A stretch of 64,000 nucleotides of DNA, taken from contig MGRM01000005.1 in assembly GCA_001798185.1 (NCBI GenBank), forward strand, positions 19,925 to 83,924, given 5' to 3'. Under the pieces are notes generated by a model that had not been told where the DNA came from, did no database searches, and saw nothing but the letters and a program-made list of their open reading frames with translations. A program made the translations under genes and the position numbers. Source of the stretch: Deltaproteobacteria bacterium RIFCSPHIGHO2_02_FULL_44_16 (lineage in GTDB: Bacteria; UBA10199; 2-02-FULL-44-16). The number at the start of each line of letters is the position of its first letter. The stretch's first letter is position 1. Shown piece after piece: positions 46,335-55,788 of this stretch.

Positions 46335-47423
46335 ATGAAGATCACATTCGATCAATTCAACCGACAAAAAAATTTACACGAGCAGCGAAAACTTTATGCT
46401 CACTGCTTTCCCGAAAGCCATTTGTCCGCAGAAGAGAGCGAAGCTCATTATCAATGGCAATTTGCAAGTTTTCCTCATCTTCATCAAGGTAGTGCTAGCT
46501 ATGAGTATGCAGCTTTCGATAATGATGAAATGGTTGGCTACTATGCAGCGCTTCCTTATCGATATAACATCGAAGGGGTACTTTGTACGTGTGGCATGGT
46601 CTGCGATGTCATGACCCATCCGCAGAAGAGAGGACAGGGCATTTTTAAACAACTGGGAATGTTTGCGACAGAAGATCTAAAAAGAGCTCAGCTCCATTTT
46701 ACCTCTGGGTATCCTATTCGCAAGGATGTGATGCCCGGTCATCTCAGTGTCGGATGGAAAGTCGGTTTTAAATTGCCGATGTTTGTCTCTTTTTTGGCAT
46801 CGCGTGCGATGCTTCAAAAAATTCATCTTTCTCTTGTGGCTCCATTTGCTGATGCGTTGTTGATTTTTTTCAATGCTCTTTTGAGTTTTTATTGGCGCAA
46901 GAAAATTCCCTTCTATGATGTGGAGTCCAGAGAAGCTTCCGAAACTTCCTTACAATCTCTTCTCCCCTTTATTGCTCTTTGGGAAAAAGAGCAGAATTTT
47001 TTTTTGATCAAAGATTTTGAGTTTTTGAGGTGGAGACTGGGAAAAAAAAATGCTCATTACAAAATATTTTTTCTTCAAAAAAGTGATGACATTGTCGGTG
47101 CTGCGCTGGTTCGATATACAAATTTTTACGGTATTCCCGCGGCAGTCATTCTCGATTGCATGGTTCTTCGGGATCATCTTCAAGCGTCACCACGGATGTT
47201 TTCGGAGATAAAGAAAGCGGCGTTTCAAGACAGATGTGAAGCTGTGGTGGTCATGATGAGTGGTCACTGGGGAAAGAGGTATCAACTGCGCAAGGCAGGT
47301 TTTTTGAGATCGCCCTATGTGTTTCAATTCATTTCAAAAAAATTGAATTATTCCATGGAAGAAAAAAATTTTCTCGATGAAAAAAACTGGCATCTGATGT
47401 GGATCGATTCTGATCGGTTTTAG
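46335..47423 (+). CDS. GNAT-fold (FemAB-like) acyltransferase.
   Basis: The central VGYYAALPY...RGQGIFKQL acyl-CoA-binding-like region is present. The protein is 362 aa, about twice GNAT length, as in FemAB-type enzymes. Confidence 0.45.
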   Translation: MKITFDQFNRQKNLHEQRKLYAHCFPESHLSAEESEAHYQWQFASFPHLHQGSASYEYAAFDNDEMVGYYAALPYRYNIEGVLCTCGMVCDVMTHPQKRGQGIFKQLGMFATEDLKRAQLHFTSGYPIRKDVMPGHLSVGWKVGFKLPMFVSFLASRAMLQKIHLSLVAPFADALLIFFNALLSFYWRKKIPFYDVESREASETSLQSLLPFIALWEKEQNFFLIKDFEFLRWRLGKKNAHYKIFFLQKSDDIVGAALVRYTNFYGIPAAVILDCMVLRDHLQASPRMFSEIKKAAFQDRCEAVVVMMSGHWGKRYQLRKAGFLRSPYVFQFISKKLNYSMEEKNFLDEKNWHLMWIDSDRF

Positions 47424-47425
47424 TG

Positions 47426-47452
47426 TCGTCATTCCCGCGCAGGCGGGAACAG
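47426..47452. repeat. Half-copy of the family 1 palindromic repeat.
   Basis: gtcattcccgc-gcag-gcgggaa matches the right-arm hairpin of family 1. It lies in the 38-bp gap between convergent genes. Confidence 0.5.
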
Positions 47453-47461
47453 GGATAACAT

Positions 47462-48340
47462 TCAAGAATGTGATTGATACTTTTTAACATATTCTTCCAT
47501 TGTGAGAAATTCGACATTGTGTTTTGCAATCCAGGAAAAGAGTTCGTGATTCATGATGTGAATTTTTTCTCCAAGATAACGCCTTCCCATCCAGACACGA
47601 AGCGGAAATCCTCGAATAAGCCATGTGCGATGGGGAATGAAAAGTTTCCAGGAAAAAGGAATGCGCTTTTCATAAACAAACTCGTGGGGATGGACCAGAT
47701 ACACAATCGGTTTTCCTGTCAGTTTTGATTCAAGATAAAAAAGTTCAAATAAACATTTCATAAAGGTGACACCAAAAATACGAAGCGTTGTGGAAACAAA
47801 AGGGATCATAAAGGCAGAGACTGGAATTTCAAAAAGTTTCATCTCTCCCTTTCGGTAAGGAGATGTTTTGCTGGGATGATAAGGGTTTCGAGGAGCAATA
47901 AGCCAGCCAGGATTTATGAGGTTTGAAGAGAGAAAATCGAGTCGCTGGGAACACACGGAAGAATCAACACTGTAGCCGAGCTCTTCGAGGACCGACAGGG
48001 TTGAGCTTGAAGTCTTCACGCGAGGAGATCGAAAGGAACGAATGGGTTTGCCGAGAAGTTTTTCAAGACGCTCTGTCGCTTCCCCAAGTATCTGTTGTGC
48101 CGCTTCTTTTGGAAGTCGATGAAACTCTTCTGTATCGTCATGATAAAGGCCATGACATCCGATTTCGTGTCCGTCCTGAGCAATTTTCTGAAGCGTTTTG
48201 TGTTCAGCGTAAGAAGCTGTATAGAAAAAAGTAGCCTTAATTCCATTTGCTTTTGTAAGCTCAAGCGCATAATCAATGGCCTCCTCGAGCTTCTCGCAGG
48301 GATCCACGTCAAAGGTGATAAGCACGGGAACTTTTTTCAT
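47462..48340 (-). CDS. Polysaccharide deacetylase (NodB homology, CE4 family).
   Basis: FDVDPCE...ATFFYTASYAEH...HEIGCHGLYHDD are NodB motifs. Confidence 0.75.
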   Translation of the reverse strand: MKKVPVLITFDVDPCEKLEEAIDYALELTKANGIKATFFYTASYAEHKTLQKIAQDGHEIGCHGLYHDDTEEFHRLPKEAAQQILGEATERLEKLLGKPIRSFRSPRVKTSSSTLSVLEELGYSVDSSVCSQRLDFLSSNLINPGWLIAPRNPYHPSKTSPYRKGEMKLFEIPVSAFMIPFVSTTLRIFGVTFMKCLFELFYLESKLTGKPIVYLVHPHEFVYEKRIPFSWKLFIPHRTWLIRGFPLRVWMGRRYLGEKIHIMNHELFSWIAKHNVEFLTMEEYVKKYQSHS

Positions 48341-48380
48341 AGAGATTGTTTTTCAGAAATAACTGCGGAGCACAAGTGCT
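48341..48380. promoter_or_regulatory. Divergent intergenic region, a putative bidirectional promoter.
   Basis: This 40-bp gap lies between the divergently oriented deacetylase (-) and methyltransferase (+) genes. Confidence 0.2.
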
Positions 48381-49223
48381 ATGAATACGGCGTTGCAAAA
48401 TGATTATTCCTTGATCACCGAACGAGCGGGCGCAAACGTCACACAGGAACAACTTTTGCGTGTCTATCAACGTTATGTGTTTGCGGCGCAGTATTGTCAT
48501 GGCAAAGATGTTCTTGAAGCAGCATGCGGAAGCGGTGTGGGACTTGGATTGTTAGGAGATGTAGCACATTCTGTGACAGCTCTTGATTGTGAACGAAAAA
48601 ATTTATTTCATGCAGAAACGACGTATCAGCAAGATTCCAAAGTTCGTATTCTGCATGGAGATGCGCAGGCAATTCCATTTCCAGACAAAAGTTTTGATGT
48701 CGTTATTCTCTACGAAGCAATTTATTATTTATCTCATCCAGAAAAGTTTTTTGCCGAATGTAAGCGGGTCTTACGTTCGGGAGGAAGGCTTATCATCGGA
48801 AGCGCCAACCGTGAGTGGGCTGATTTTAATCCGAGTATTTACAGTACCCGTTATTTTTCTGCATCTGAACTCTATGAGATGATGGAAAAAGAAGGTTTTC
48901 AGACAAAAATTTATAAAGGTTTTCCGATTGAAGAGAGCCAGGGAGGAAAACAAAAAGTACTCTCTCTCATGAAGCGAGTTGCAGTGAAGCTGCATTGCAT
49001 TCCAAAATCGATGAAGTATAAAAAATTTCTCAAACGCATTTTTGTCGGTCAACTTGTTCCGCTGCCGCCGCGATTGACGCAGGGAAGTGTGGAATATAGA
49101 GAGCCAACGCCACTTTCTTTGGGAAAAGAGACGCAGTTCAAGGTGATCTATGCTGTTGGTCACTATCATCCTGAGCCCTTCGGCCTTGCTCAGGACAGGC
49201 TTGTCGAAGGACGAGGAGCGTAA
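48381..49223 (+). CDS. Class I SAM-dependent methyltransferase.
   Basis: VLEAACGSGVGL (motif I) and LRSGGRLIIGS are present. Confidence 0.7.
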   Translation: MNTALQNDYSLITERAGANVTQEQLLRVYQRYVFAAQYCHGKDVLEAACGSGVGLGLLGDVAHSVTALDCERKNLFHAETTYQQDSKVRILHGDAQAIPFPDKSFDVVILYEAIYYLSHPEKFFAECKRVLRSGGRLIIGSANREWADFNPSIYSTRYFSASELYEMMEKEGFQTKIYKGFPIEESQGGKQKVLSLMKRVAVKLHCIPKSMKYKKFLKRIFVGQLVPLPPRLTQGSVEYREPTPLSLGKETQFKVIYAVGHYHPEPFGLAQDRLVEGRGA

Positions 49224-49781
49224 ATGGGCTGCCGTGTCCTGACAACAGATATTCCTGATGTCAAAATCATTCTTCCGGAGAAATTTGGAGATCATCGCGG
49301 TTTTTTTTCGGAAACGTACCATAAGAGAGAGTTCGCAACAGCGGGCATTCATCTGGAATTTGTTCAAGATAATCATGCGCTCAGTGGTCCCAAAGGAACC
49401 GTACGAGGGCTTCATTTTCAAACTCCTCCCTATGAAATGTGGAAACTGGTGCGCGTGGTGAGAGGTTCTATTTTTGATGTTGCGGTCGACATTCGCAAGT
49501 ATTCTCCCACGTATGGAAAGCATGTGGCAGTGGAGCTCAGCGCTGAAAAATGGAATCAACTTCTGGTTCCTGCTGGTTTTGCGCACGGCTATTGTACGCT
49601 CGAACCCAATACGGAAGTCGTCTATAAAGTGACGAATTATTATTCTCAAGAGCATGACAAAGGTATTTTATGGAATGACGAAGCTCTCGGGATTCGCTGG
49701 CCAGTTGAAGGGAGCGCAGCTCTTTCGGAAAAAGATAAAAAGTGGCCAAGGCTTTCCGCTTCAGGAGTATATTTCTCATGA
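49224..49781 (+). CDS. rfbC: dTDP-4-dehydrorhamnose 3,5-epimerase.
   Basis: RGLHFQ...KLVRVVRGSIFDVAVDIRKYSPTYGK is the RmlC signature. Confidence 0.9.
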   Translation: MGCRVLTTDIPDVKIILPEKFGDHRGFFSETYHKREFATAGIHLEFVQDNHALSGPKGTVRGLHFQTPPYEMWKLVRVVRGSIFDVAVDIRKYSPTYGKHVAVELSAEKWNQLLVPAGFAHGYCTLEPNTEVVYKVTNYYSQEHDKGILWNDEALGIRWPVEGSAALSEKDKKWPRLSASGVYFS

Positions 49782-50794
49782 AACTTCTTGTGACAGGTGG
49801 TCTCGGATTTATCGGTTCAAACTTCATTCGATATCAGCTGGAACACGATCCGAGCTGTTCGATCGTGAACTTAGATTGCCAGACCTATTCGGGAAATCCG
49901 GAAAACTTGCGCGACATTGAAAACAATCCGCGATATCGATGGGTCAAAGGAGATATTGTTGATGCTGAGGTTGTAGGGCCCCTCATGCAGGAGGCAGAGT
50001 GTGTGGTACATTTTGCGGCAGAGTCTCATGTCGATCGCTCTATTCTTGACTCATCTGCCTTTCTTCGGACCAATGTTCAAGGGACGCACGTTCTGCTTGA
50101 GGCAGCGAAAAAATATGGCATCGAACTTTTTGTGCATGTGAGCACTGATGAAGTGTATGGTTCTGTTGAAAAAGGGGAGTCGGTTGAGAGTGATCCTTTG
50201 GAGCCTAACAGTCCCTATGCCGCCTCAAAAGCTGCGTCAGATCTTCTCGTACGCTCCTATCATGTCACGCATAAGCTTCCGACGATTATTACCAGATGTT
50301 CAAATAATTTTGGTCCCTATCAATTTCCCGAAAAAGCGCTTCCACTTTTAATGACGAACGCGCTCGAAGAAAAACCATTTCCTCTTTATGGGAGCGGAGA
50401 AAATGTTCGCGATTGGATCTATGTCTTAGATCATGCCAAGGCCATTTCGTTTTTGATTCGCAAAGGAAATGTGGGAGAAATTTATAATATTGGCGGTACG
50501 TATTCTGCGCAAAATAAAATTCTCTTCACGAAAATTTTGGAACTGATGCAAAAACCAGCTTCGCTGCTTCACATCGTTGCAGATCGACCGGGCCATGATA
50601 AACGTTATGCACTGAACTGCGATAAGTTGAAACGTCTTGGCTGGAGTCCGGAAACACCTTTTGAAGCAGCATTAGAGCAAACGATCAATTGGTATTGCGA
50701 AAGAACTGATTGGTGGCAACCCTTGAAATATGGGACTGATTTTCAGCATTACTACACATCGCAATATGCTTCCCGCGCGATGAAAACCTCATGA
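49778..50794 (+). CDS. rfbB: dTDP-glucose 4,6-dehydratase.
   Basis: MKLLVTGGLGFIGSNF, the YSASKAASD catalytic motif and HVSTDEVYG are present. Confidence 0.9.
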   Translation: MKLLVTGGLGFIGSNFIRYQLEHDPSCSIVNLDCQTYSGNPENLRDIENNPRYRWVKGDIVDAEVVGPLMQEAECVVHFAAESHVDRSILDSSAFLRTNVQGTHVLLEAAKKYGIELFVHVSTDEVYGSVEKGESVESDPLEPNSPYAASKAASDLLVRSYHVTHKLPTIITRCSNNFGPYQFPEKALPLLMTNALEEKPFPLYGSGENVRDWIYVLDHAKAISFLIRKGNVGEIYNIGGTYSAQNKILFTKILELMQKPASLLHIVADRPGHDKRYALNCDKLKRLGWSPETPFEAALEQTINWYCERTDWWQPLKYGTDFQHYYTSQYASRAMKTS

Positions 50795-51657
50795 AGATTC
50801 TTCTTCTGGGTGCTTCAGGACAGCTTGGGTTTGATCTCTGTCGTTTGTTTCAGAACAACGAATGTTTCGATGTTTCCCCTCTAACACGAACAGATCTTGA
50901 TCTCATGCATATTGCCCGCATACCGGAGGTCTTGCATCAATATCAGTTCGATATTCTCATCAACTGTACTGCGTATAATCGTGTCGATGATGCACAATCT
51001 CATTCGCAACTTGCATATGCGATCAATACCTATGCTGTGGAAGCACTTGCCAAATACTGTGCAGAAGTTCGAGCAAAGTTCGTCCACGTCAGTTCCGATT
51101 TTGTTTTTAACGGTGAGAAAACTTCTCCTTATACAGAGACAGATCTGGTTATGCCGCTGTCTGTCTATGGAACTTCAAAGCTCTTGGGAGAACTCTTTGC
51201 GCAGCAATCACATAACGATGTGCTGGTGATTCGTACGGCGTCTCTTTTTGGCGAAGTCGGTTCCTCGGGAAAAGGGGGGAACTGCGTGGAAGCTTTTGTC
51301 CACAAGGCTCGTCGCGAAGAAGAGCTGAGAGTCATTAACGATATCACGATGTCGCCGACGTCGACGGCAGATCTTGCGCAGGCCATTATTTCTCTCTTGC
51401 AACAGAAAGCTCCTTCTGGAATTTATCATGTGGTCAATGACGGAGTGGTGACGTGGTATGCATTTGCTTCTGAAATCATGAACCAAATGCGTCTTTCGGC
51501 ACGTATGACTCCGGTTTCACATGCTGAGTTTCCGATGAAGGCTTTGCGGCCTCGGTATAGTGTTCTTGACACCGCAAAGACGGCCAATGTCATTGGAAAG
51601 ATGCCAACATGGCAAGAAGCGCTGCATCGTTATCTTCAGCAGAAGAGGTATATATAA
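50791..51657 (+). CDS. rfbD: dTDP-4-dehydrorhamnose reductase.
   Basis: [13 protein letters not shown] and the YGTSKLLGE motif are present with RmlD length. Confidence 0.85.
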   Translation: MKILLLGASGQLGFDLCRLFQNNECFDVSPLTRTDLDLMHIARIPEVLHQYQFDILINCTAYNRVDDAQSHSQLAYAINTYAVEALAKYCAEVRAKFVHVSSDFVFNGEKTSPYTETDLVMPLSVYGTSKLLGELFAQQSHNDVLVIRTASLFGEVGSSGKGGNCVEAFVHKARREEELRVINDITMSPTSTADLAQAIISLLQQKAPSGIYHVVNDGVVTWYAFASEIMNQMRLSARMTPVSHAEFPMKALRPRYSVLDTAKTANVIGKMPTWQEALHRYLQQKRYI

Positions 51658-52532
51658 TGAAGGGGATTATACTCGCAGGTGGAGCAGGTTCTCGTTTGTA
51701 TCCTCTCACTCATGTGGTGAGTAAGCAGCTTTTACCGGTGTATGATAAACCAATGATTTATTATCCTCTTTCATCGTTGATGCTCGCAGGGATTCAAGAC
51801 ATTCTGATTATTTCAACGCCGCAGGATCTTCCGCTTTATCAGCGGCTGCTTCAAGATGGACAACAGTGGGGCATTCGTTTGAGCTATGCGGAACAACCTT
51901 TTCCCGGTGGTCTTGCTCAAGCTTTTCTGATTGGGAAATCTTTTATCGGTTCGGATGCCTGTGCTCTCGTGCTCGGCGATAACATTTTTTTCGGAGAGGG
52001 TTTTACAAAGCAGCTTGAGCGAGCCGCGCTTAAAAAGAAGGGGGCAACGGTTTTTGGATATTGGGTAAACGACCCCGAACGATACGGCGTTGCTGTTTTT
52101 GATAAGACTGGAAAAGTCATTGAAATTGAGGAAAAGCCGGCACGACCAAAGTCGCATTATGCAATCACGGGTCTCTATTTTTACGACCATCGTGTAGTCG
52201 ATGTCGCATCACGCTTACAACCCTCTGCACGCGGGGAACTCGAGATTACAGATGTGAATAATTTTTATCTTCGCGAACAGCAATTAGAAGTGGAAAAACT
52301 CGGTCGAGGGATTGCGTGGCTTGATACGGGCACACATGATTCTCTCGTGGAAGCTTCAAATTTTATTGCGACGATTGAAAAACGCCAAGGACTCAAAGTG
52401 GCGTGTCTTGAAGAGATCGCTTGGAGAAAGAGATGGATTTCGAAAGAAGGTCTCGAAGGCCTCATCGAAAGAATGTCGCACAATACGTATCGAGAATATT
52501 TAGTGACGATGCTTGAACATGAAGCAGAATGA
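51657..52532 (+). CDS. rfbA: Glucose-1-phosphate thymidylyltransferase.
   Basis: [18 protein letters not shown]...[18 protein letters not shown] is the RmlA signature. Confidence 0.9.
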   Translation: MKGIILAGGAGSRLYPLTHVVSKQLLPVYDKPMIYYPLSSLMLAGIQDILIISTPQDLPLYQRLLQDGQQWGIRLSYAEQPFPGGLAQAFLIGKSFIGSDACALVLGDNIFFGEGFTKQLERAALKKKGATVFGYWVNDPERYGVAVFDKTGKVIEIEEKPARPKSHYAITGLYFYDHRVVDVASRLQPSARGELEITDVNNFYLREQQLEVEKLGRGIAWLDTGTHDSLVEASNFIATIEKRQGLKVACLEEIAWRKRWISKEGLEGLIERMSHNTYREYLVTMLEHEAE

Positions 52533-52545
52533 TGACATTGTTGAA

Positions 52546-52688
52546 AAAAGTCTCTCGGAGGCCGCTTCTCGCTACGGCAAAAATCCTCACATGCCGGATT
52601 TTTGCCTGCGCTTCAGCCTGCCGTATATTGAGGCTTCGTTTCCGGCGTCTGAAGACGCCGCTCGAATTCGGCCTCCTGCGGCCTTTTT
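52546..52688. repeat. Structured repeat of about 143 bp with terminal inverted repeats, family 2, copy B, in inverted orientation.
   Basis: Its reverse complement aligns with 46184-46326 at about 90% identity, including the ggcaaaaatcc..ggatttttgcc hairpin. Confidence 0.75.
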
Positions 52689-52715
52689 TCAATGCACAAC
52701 AAGGAGAATGTTATG

Positions 52716-53828
52716 AACGAGCAACGAAAGGTTCCATTTTTTAATTATCAAGGAATCTTTGAACATCGACGCGAAGAATATTTGAAAACCATCGAAGATG
52801 TTCTTTCACGAGGCGCTTTTATTTTGCAGCGTGATGGAAAAGAATTTGAAACAAACGTTGCTGAATATTTACAGGTGAAACATGCGATTGGTGTTGCGAA
52901 TTGCACCGATGGCTTAACGCTTGCACTGCAGGCGGTAGGGGTAAAAGCGGGCGATGAAGTGATTTTCCCTTCGCATACTTTTGTGGCAACTGCAGCATCG
53001 GCAAAAGCCATAGGCGCTGTTCCAGTTCCGGTTGATTGTGGCAAAGATCATCTGATCGATCCGCAATCGATCAAAAAAGCAATCACCTCTAAAACAAAAG
53101 TGATTATGCCGGTGCAACTGAACGGTCGTACTTCTCGTATGGACGAAATCCAGGCGATTGCAGATCAGCATCGTCTTCTGGTCGTCGAAGATGCTGCTCA
53201 GGCTTTTGGTTCTACCTATAAAGGTCGACATGCAGGGACATTTGGGCTTGCGGCAGCGTTTAGTTTTTATCCTGCAAAAACACTCGGCTGTTTTGGTGAT
53301 GGTGGTATTGTCGTGACCAATGATGACCATGTGGCAGAGACGGTGACGCTGCTGCGCGATCATGGTCGCAATAAAGAAGGGGAGATTGTGCAGTGGGGAA
53401 TGAATTCGCGACTCGATAATCTTCAAGCTGCTCTTTTGAATGTGAATTTAAAATATTATAAAGAGTCGATCCACCGACGTCGGGAAATTGCAGCTTGTTA
53501 TCACGAAGAACTTGGAGGACTTTCTGAACTGACACTTCCACCTGCTCCAGGAAGTGAGAAAGATCACTACGATATTTTTCAAAATTATGAGATCGAAGCA
53601 GATCGTCGCGACGATCTGCGCTCTTTTTTGCAATCGAAAGGTGTGGGAACGTTGATTCAGTGGGGTGGAAAAGCCGTTCATCAACTCAAAGCGCTTCAGT
53701 TCACGCAGAAACTTCCGGCGACGGATCGTCTTTTTGAGCGGGCGCTGATGCTTCCCATGCATGCGGTTCTCTCCAATGAAGATGTTCACTATGTCTGTCA
53801 GCAGGTGAAAGCGTTTTATCGTGCTTGA
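52716..53828 (+). CDS. DegT/DnrJ/EryC1/StrS family sugar aminotransferase (PLP-dependent).
   Basis: The fold-type I sugar aminotransferase blocks are present (ANCTDGLTLAL, FGSTYKGRHAGTFG, FSFYPAKTLG). The start was moved to the ATG at 52716 (MNEQRK). Confidence 0.85.
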   Translation, partial: NEQRKVPFFNYQGIFEHRREEYLKTIEDVLSRGAFILQRDGKEFETNVAEYLQVKHAIGVANCTDGLTLALQAVGVKAGDEVIFPSHTFVATAASAKAIGAVPVPVDCGKDHLIDPQSIKKAITSKTKVIMPVQLNGRTSRMDEIQAIADQHRLLVVEDAAQAFGSTYKGRHAGTFGLAAAFSFYPAKTLGCFGDGGIVVTNDDHVAETVTLLRDHGRNKEGEIVQWGMNSRLDNLQAALLNVNLKYYKESIHRRREIAACYHEELGGLSELTLPPAPGSEKDHYDIFQNYEIEADRRDDLRSFLQSKGVGTLIQWGGKAVHQLKALQFTQKLPATDRLFERALMLPMHAVLSNEDVHYVCQQVKAFYRA

Positions 53829-53858
53829 TTAATACGTGACAAAATGGTCAAAAACAAA

Positions 53859-53993
53859 TTAGAACTTATTTCAAAACTGATAAATCTTCGGGTGGAGTCG
53901 ACGGTGGATCCCAGGGGTGCCCCGCGTCAGCGGGGAGGTGGAACGCCGGAGGGGACGGGCCCCGTAACAGTGAGTGTTTTGAAATAAGTTCTA
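53859..53993. ncRNA. Element bounded by an 18-bp perfect inverted repeat that encloses a 98-bp GC-rich core. It is a candidate structured RNA/leader or a MITE.
   Basis: tagaacttatttcaaaac (53860-53877) is the exact reverse complement of gttttgaaataagttcta (53976-53993). The core holds a gccccgc-gtca-gcggggag hairpin. The right arm ends in the ATG of the transketolase gene. Confidence 0.4.
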
Positions 53994-54811
53994 TGATCAC
54001 AAAAATGACAACCGAACAACTTGCGAAAAATATTCGATGTCATGCACTTCGTATGACGAGTCGTGGCCAGAGCTCACATATTGCATCGGTTTTTTCGATG
54101 ACCGACTTGCTTGCCGTTCTTTACGGTGAGATTTTGAATGTCGATCCGCAACTACCGAGCTGGGATGGTCGCGATCGTTTTATTCTCAGTAAAGGCCATG
54201 CTGGTGCCGGTATTTATGCGGCTCTGGCAGAGCGTGGTTTTTTCCCCAAAGAACGTCTGGAGACCCATTATCAAGATGGTTCCAACCTTTGTGGACATGT
54301 GACGACCAAAGGGATCCCGGGAGTCGATTTTTCCACAGGATCTCTGGGCCACGGACTCTCTGTTGCGACTGGTATGGCGTATGGCGCAAAACTCGATGGC
54401 AAAACGCATCGGGTTTTTGCATTGCTCAGTGACGGAGAATGTGACGAAGGTTCAAATTGGGAAGCCATTCTTTTTGCATCACATGCAAAACTCGATAATT
54501 TAATGGTTCTTGTTGACTACAATAAAATTCAAAGCCTCGCGAGTGTTGCGGAGACTCTCGCCCTTGAACCCTTTGCACAGAAGTGGAAAAGTTTTGGATG
54601 GAGTGTGCACGAAATTGACGGTCATGATCATCACGATATTCTCACCACCTGTCGCCGTCTCCCTTTTGAAACGAACAAGCCGAGTTGCATCATTGCGCAT
54701 ACGGTCAAAGGGAAAGGGGTTTCATTTATGGAAAATACAGTGCTGTGGCATTATCGCTCAGCGCAGGGCGAAGAATATAAAAAAGCACTCGAGGAGTTAG
54801 AGCGAACATGA
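53993..54811 (+). CDS. Transketolase, N-terminal (TPP-binding) subunit.
   Basis: GHAGAGIYAALAERG, GSLGHGLSVATGMAYG and the LLSDGECDEGSNWEA TPP motif are present. Confidence 0.85.
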   Translation: MITKMTTEQLAKNIRCHALRMTSRGQSSHIASVFSMTDLLAVLYGEILNVDPQLPSWDGRDRFILSKGHAGAGIYAALAERGFFPKERLETHYQDGSNLCGHVTTKGIPGVDFSTGSLGHGLSVATGMAYGAKLDGKTHRVFALLSDGECDEGSNWEAILFASHAKLDNLMVLVDYNKIQSLASVAETLALEPFAQKWKSFGWSVHEIDGHDHHDILTTCRRLPFETNKPSCIIAHTVKGKGVSFMENTVLWHYRSAQGEEYKKALEELERT

Positions 54812-55788
54812 GAAATGCTTTTATCAAAAAACTCTCGCTGCTTGCTGAAAAAGATCCTCGCATTTTTCTTATTACCGGTGATCTCGGTTTTGGGGTGCTC
54901 GAAGAATTCGCGCGTTGCTCTCCGCGACAATATTTAAATGTAGGAGTGGCAGAACAAAATATGACAGGCATTGCCACGGGCTTGGCGCTTGAAGGAAGGA
55001 TTGTGTACACCTATTCGATTGGGAATTTTCCAACGCTTCGTTGTCTTGAGCAACTTCGAAATGACGCTTGTTATCATGGTGCCAATGTCAATGTGGTTTC
55101 CATTGGCGGCGGATTTAGCTATGGAGCTCTTGGTTTTTCTCATCATGCGACTGAAGATCTCAGTATTCTCCGTTCTCTTCCAGGAATGACGGTGATGGCT
55201 CCGTGCGATACCTGGGAAGTAGAAGAGGCGACATCTGCGCTTTCTCAGAAAAGTGGAGTAGGGTATCTCCGTTTAGATAAATCATCTGCTCCTCTGAAAC
55301 CAAAAGAAGGAGAAGTTTTTCACATCGGTAAATCACGATGTGTGCGAGAAGGGAATGATCTGACCTTTGTGGTTGCGGGGGGTATTCTCGAAGAAGTTTT
55401 GAAGGCAAGCGAACTCTTGAAAGCTGAAGGGATTGAAGCTCGGATTCTCAGTATGCATACGATTAAACCTTTAGACACTGAAGCGCTCTTTGAAGCCGTG
55501 CGCACATCAGAAGGGATCGTGACGGTTGAGGAACATACGATTGAGGGAGGTCTTGGTGGAGCGGTAGCTGAAAGTTGTCTTGAGGCAGGAGTCGTTCCAC
55601 GATTTTTTTATCGTTTTGGATTGCGCCAAGGTTTTTCTTCTTTGATCGGAAGCCAAGCTTATATGCGTCGACTGTATGGTCTGGATGCTGAGGCTATCGC
55701 GAAACGTGTTAAGGAGCTTGTTTCAGAGCGAGATGCTCAAAAAATACATCGCCTCGAAAGGTTCCCAAATGCTCAAGAGAATTTTTGA
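54808..55788 (+). CDS. Transketolase, C-terminal (pyrimidine-binding) subunit.
   Basis: The Pyr-binding and C-terminal transketolase domains are present. It overlaps the N-terminal subunit gene in an ATGA junction. Confidence 0.85.
   Translation: MRNAFIKKLSLLAEKDPRIFLITGDLGFGVLEEFARCSPRQYLNVGVAEQNMTGIATGLALEGRIVYTYSIGNFPTLRCLEQLRNDACYHGANVNVVSIGGGFSYGALGFSHHATEDLSILRSLPGMTVMAPCDTWEVEEATSALSQKSGVGYLRLDKSSAPLKPKEGEVFHIGKSRCVREGNDLTFVVAGGILEEVLKASELLKAEGIEARILSMHTIKPLDTEALFEAVRTSEGIVTVEEHTIEGGLGGAVAESCLEAGVVPRFFYRFGLRQGFSSLIGSQAYMRRLYGLDAEAIAKRVKELVSERDAQKIHRLERFPNAQENF

Noticed and set aside
46121-46345. Minus-strand 74-aa ORF whose translation resembles the plus-strand 67-aa ORF at 52513-52716 (…YGKNPH.PDFCL.FSL…IEASFP.SEDAAR…).
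   Set aside because: The similarity reflects a conserved ~143-bp non-coding repeat present in inverted orientation. Both ORFs lie wholly within the repeat, have no RBS and are too short and low-complexity to be credible genes.
48771-49655. Long (294-aa) minus-strand ORF antisense to the methyltransferase and rfbC.
   Set aside because: It overlaps two plus-strand genes with unambiguous family signatures, and its product has no recognisable motifs. It is a shadow ORF typical of coding antisense.
53878-53975. Possibility that the GC-rich core is a tRNA or tmRNA fragment or an integration att site.
   Set aside because: No acceptor-stem/T-arm consensus (GTTCRANYC) or CCA end was visible, and there is no adjacent integrase. 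I kept it as a candidate structured RNA or MITE instead.
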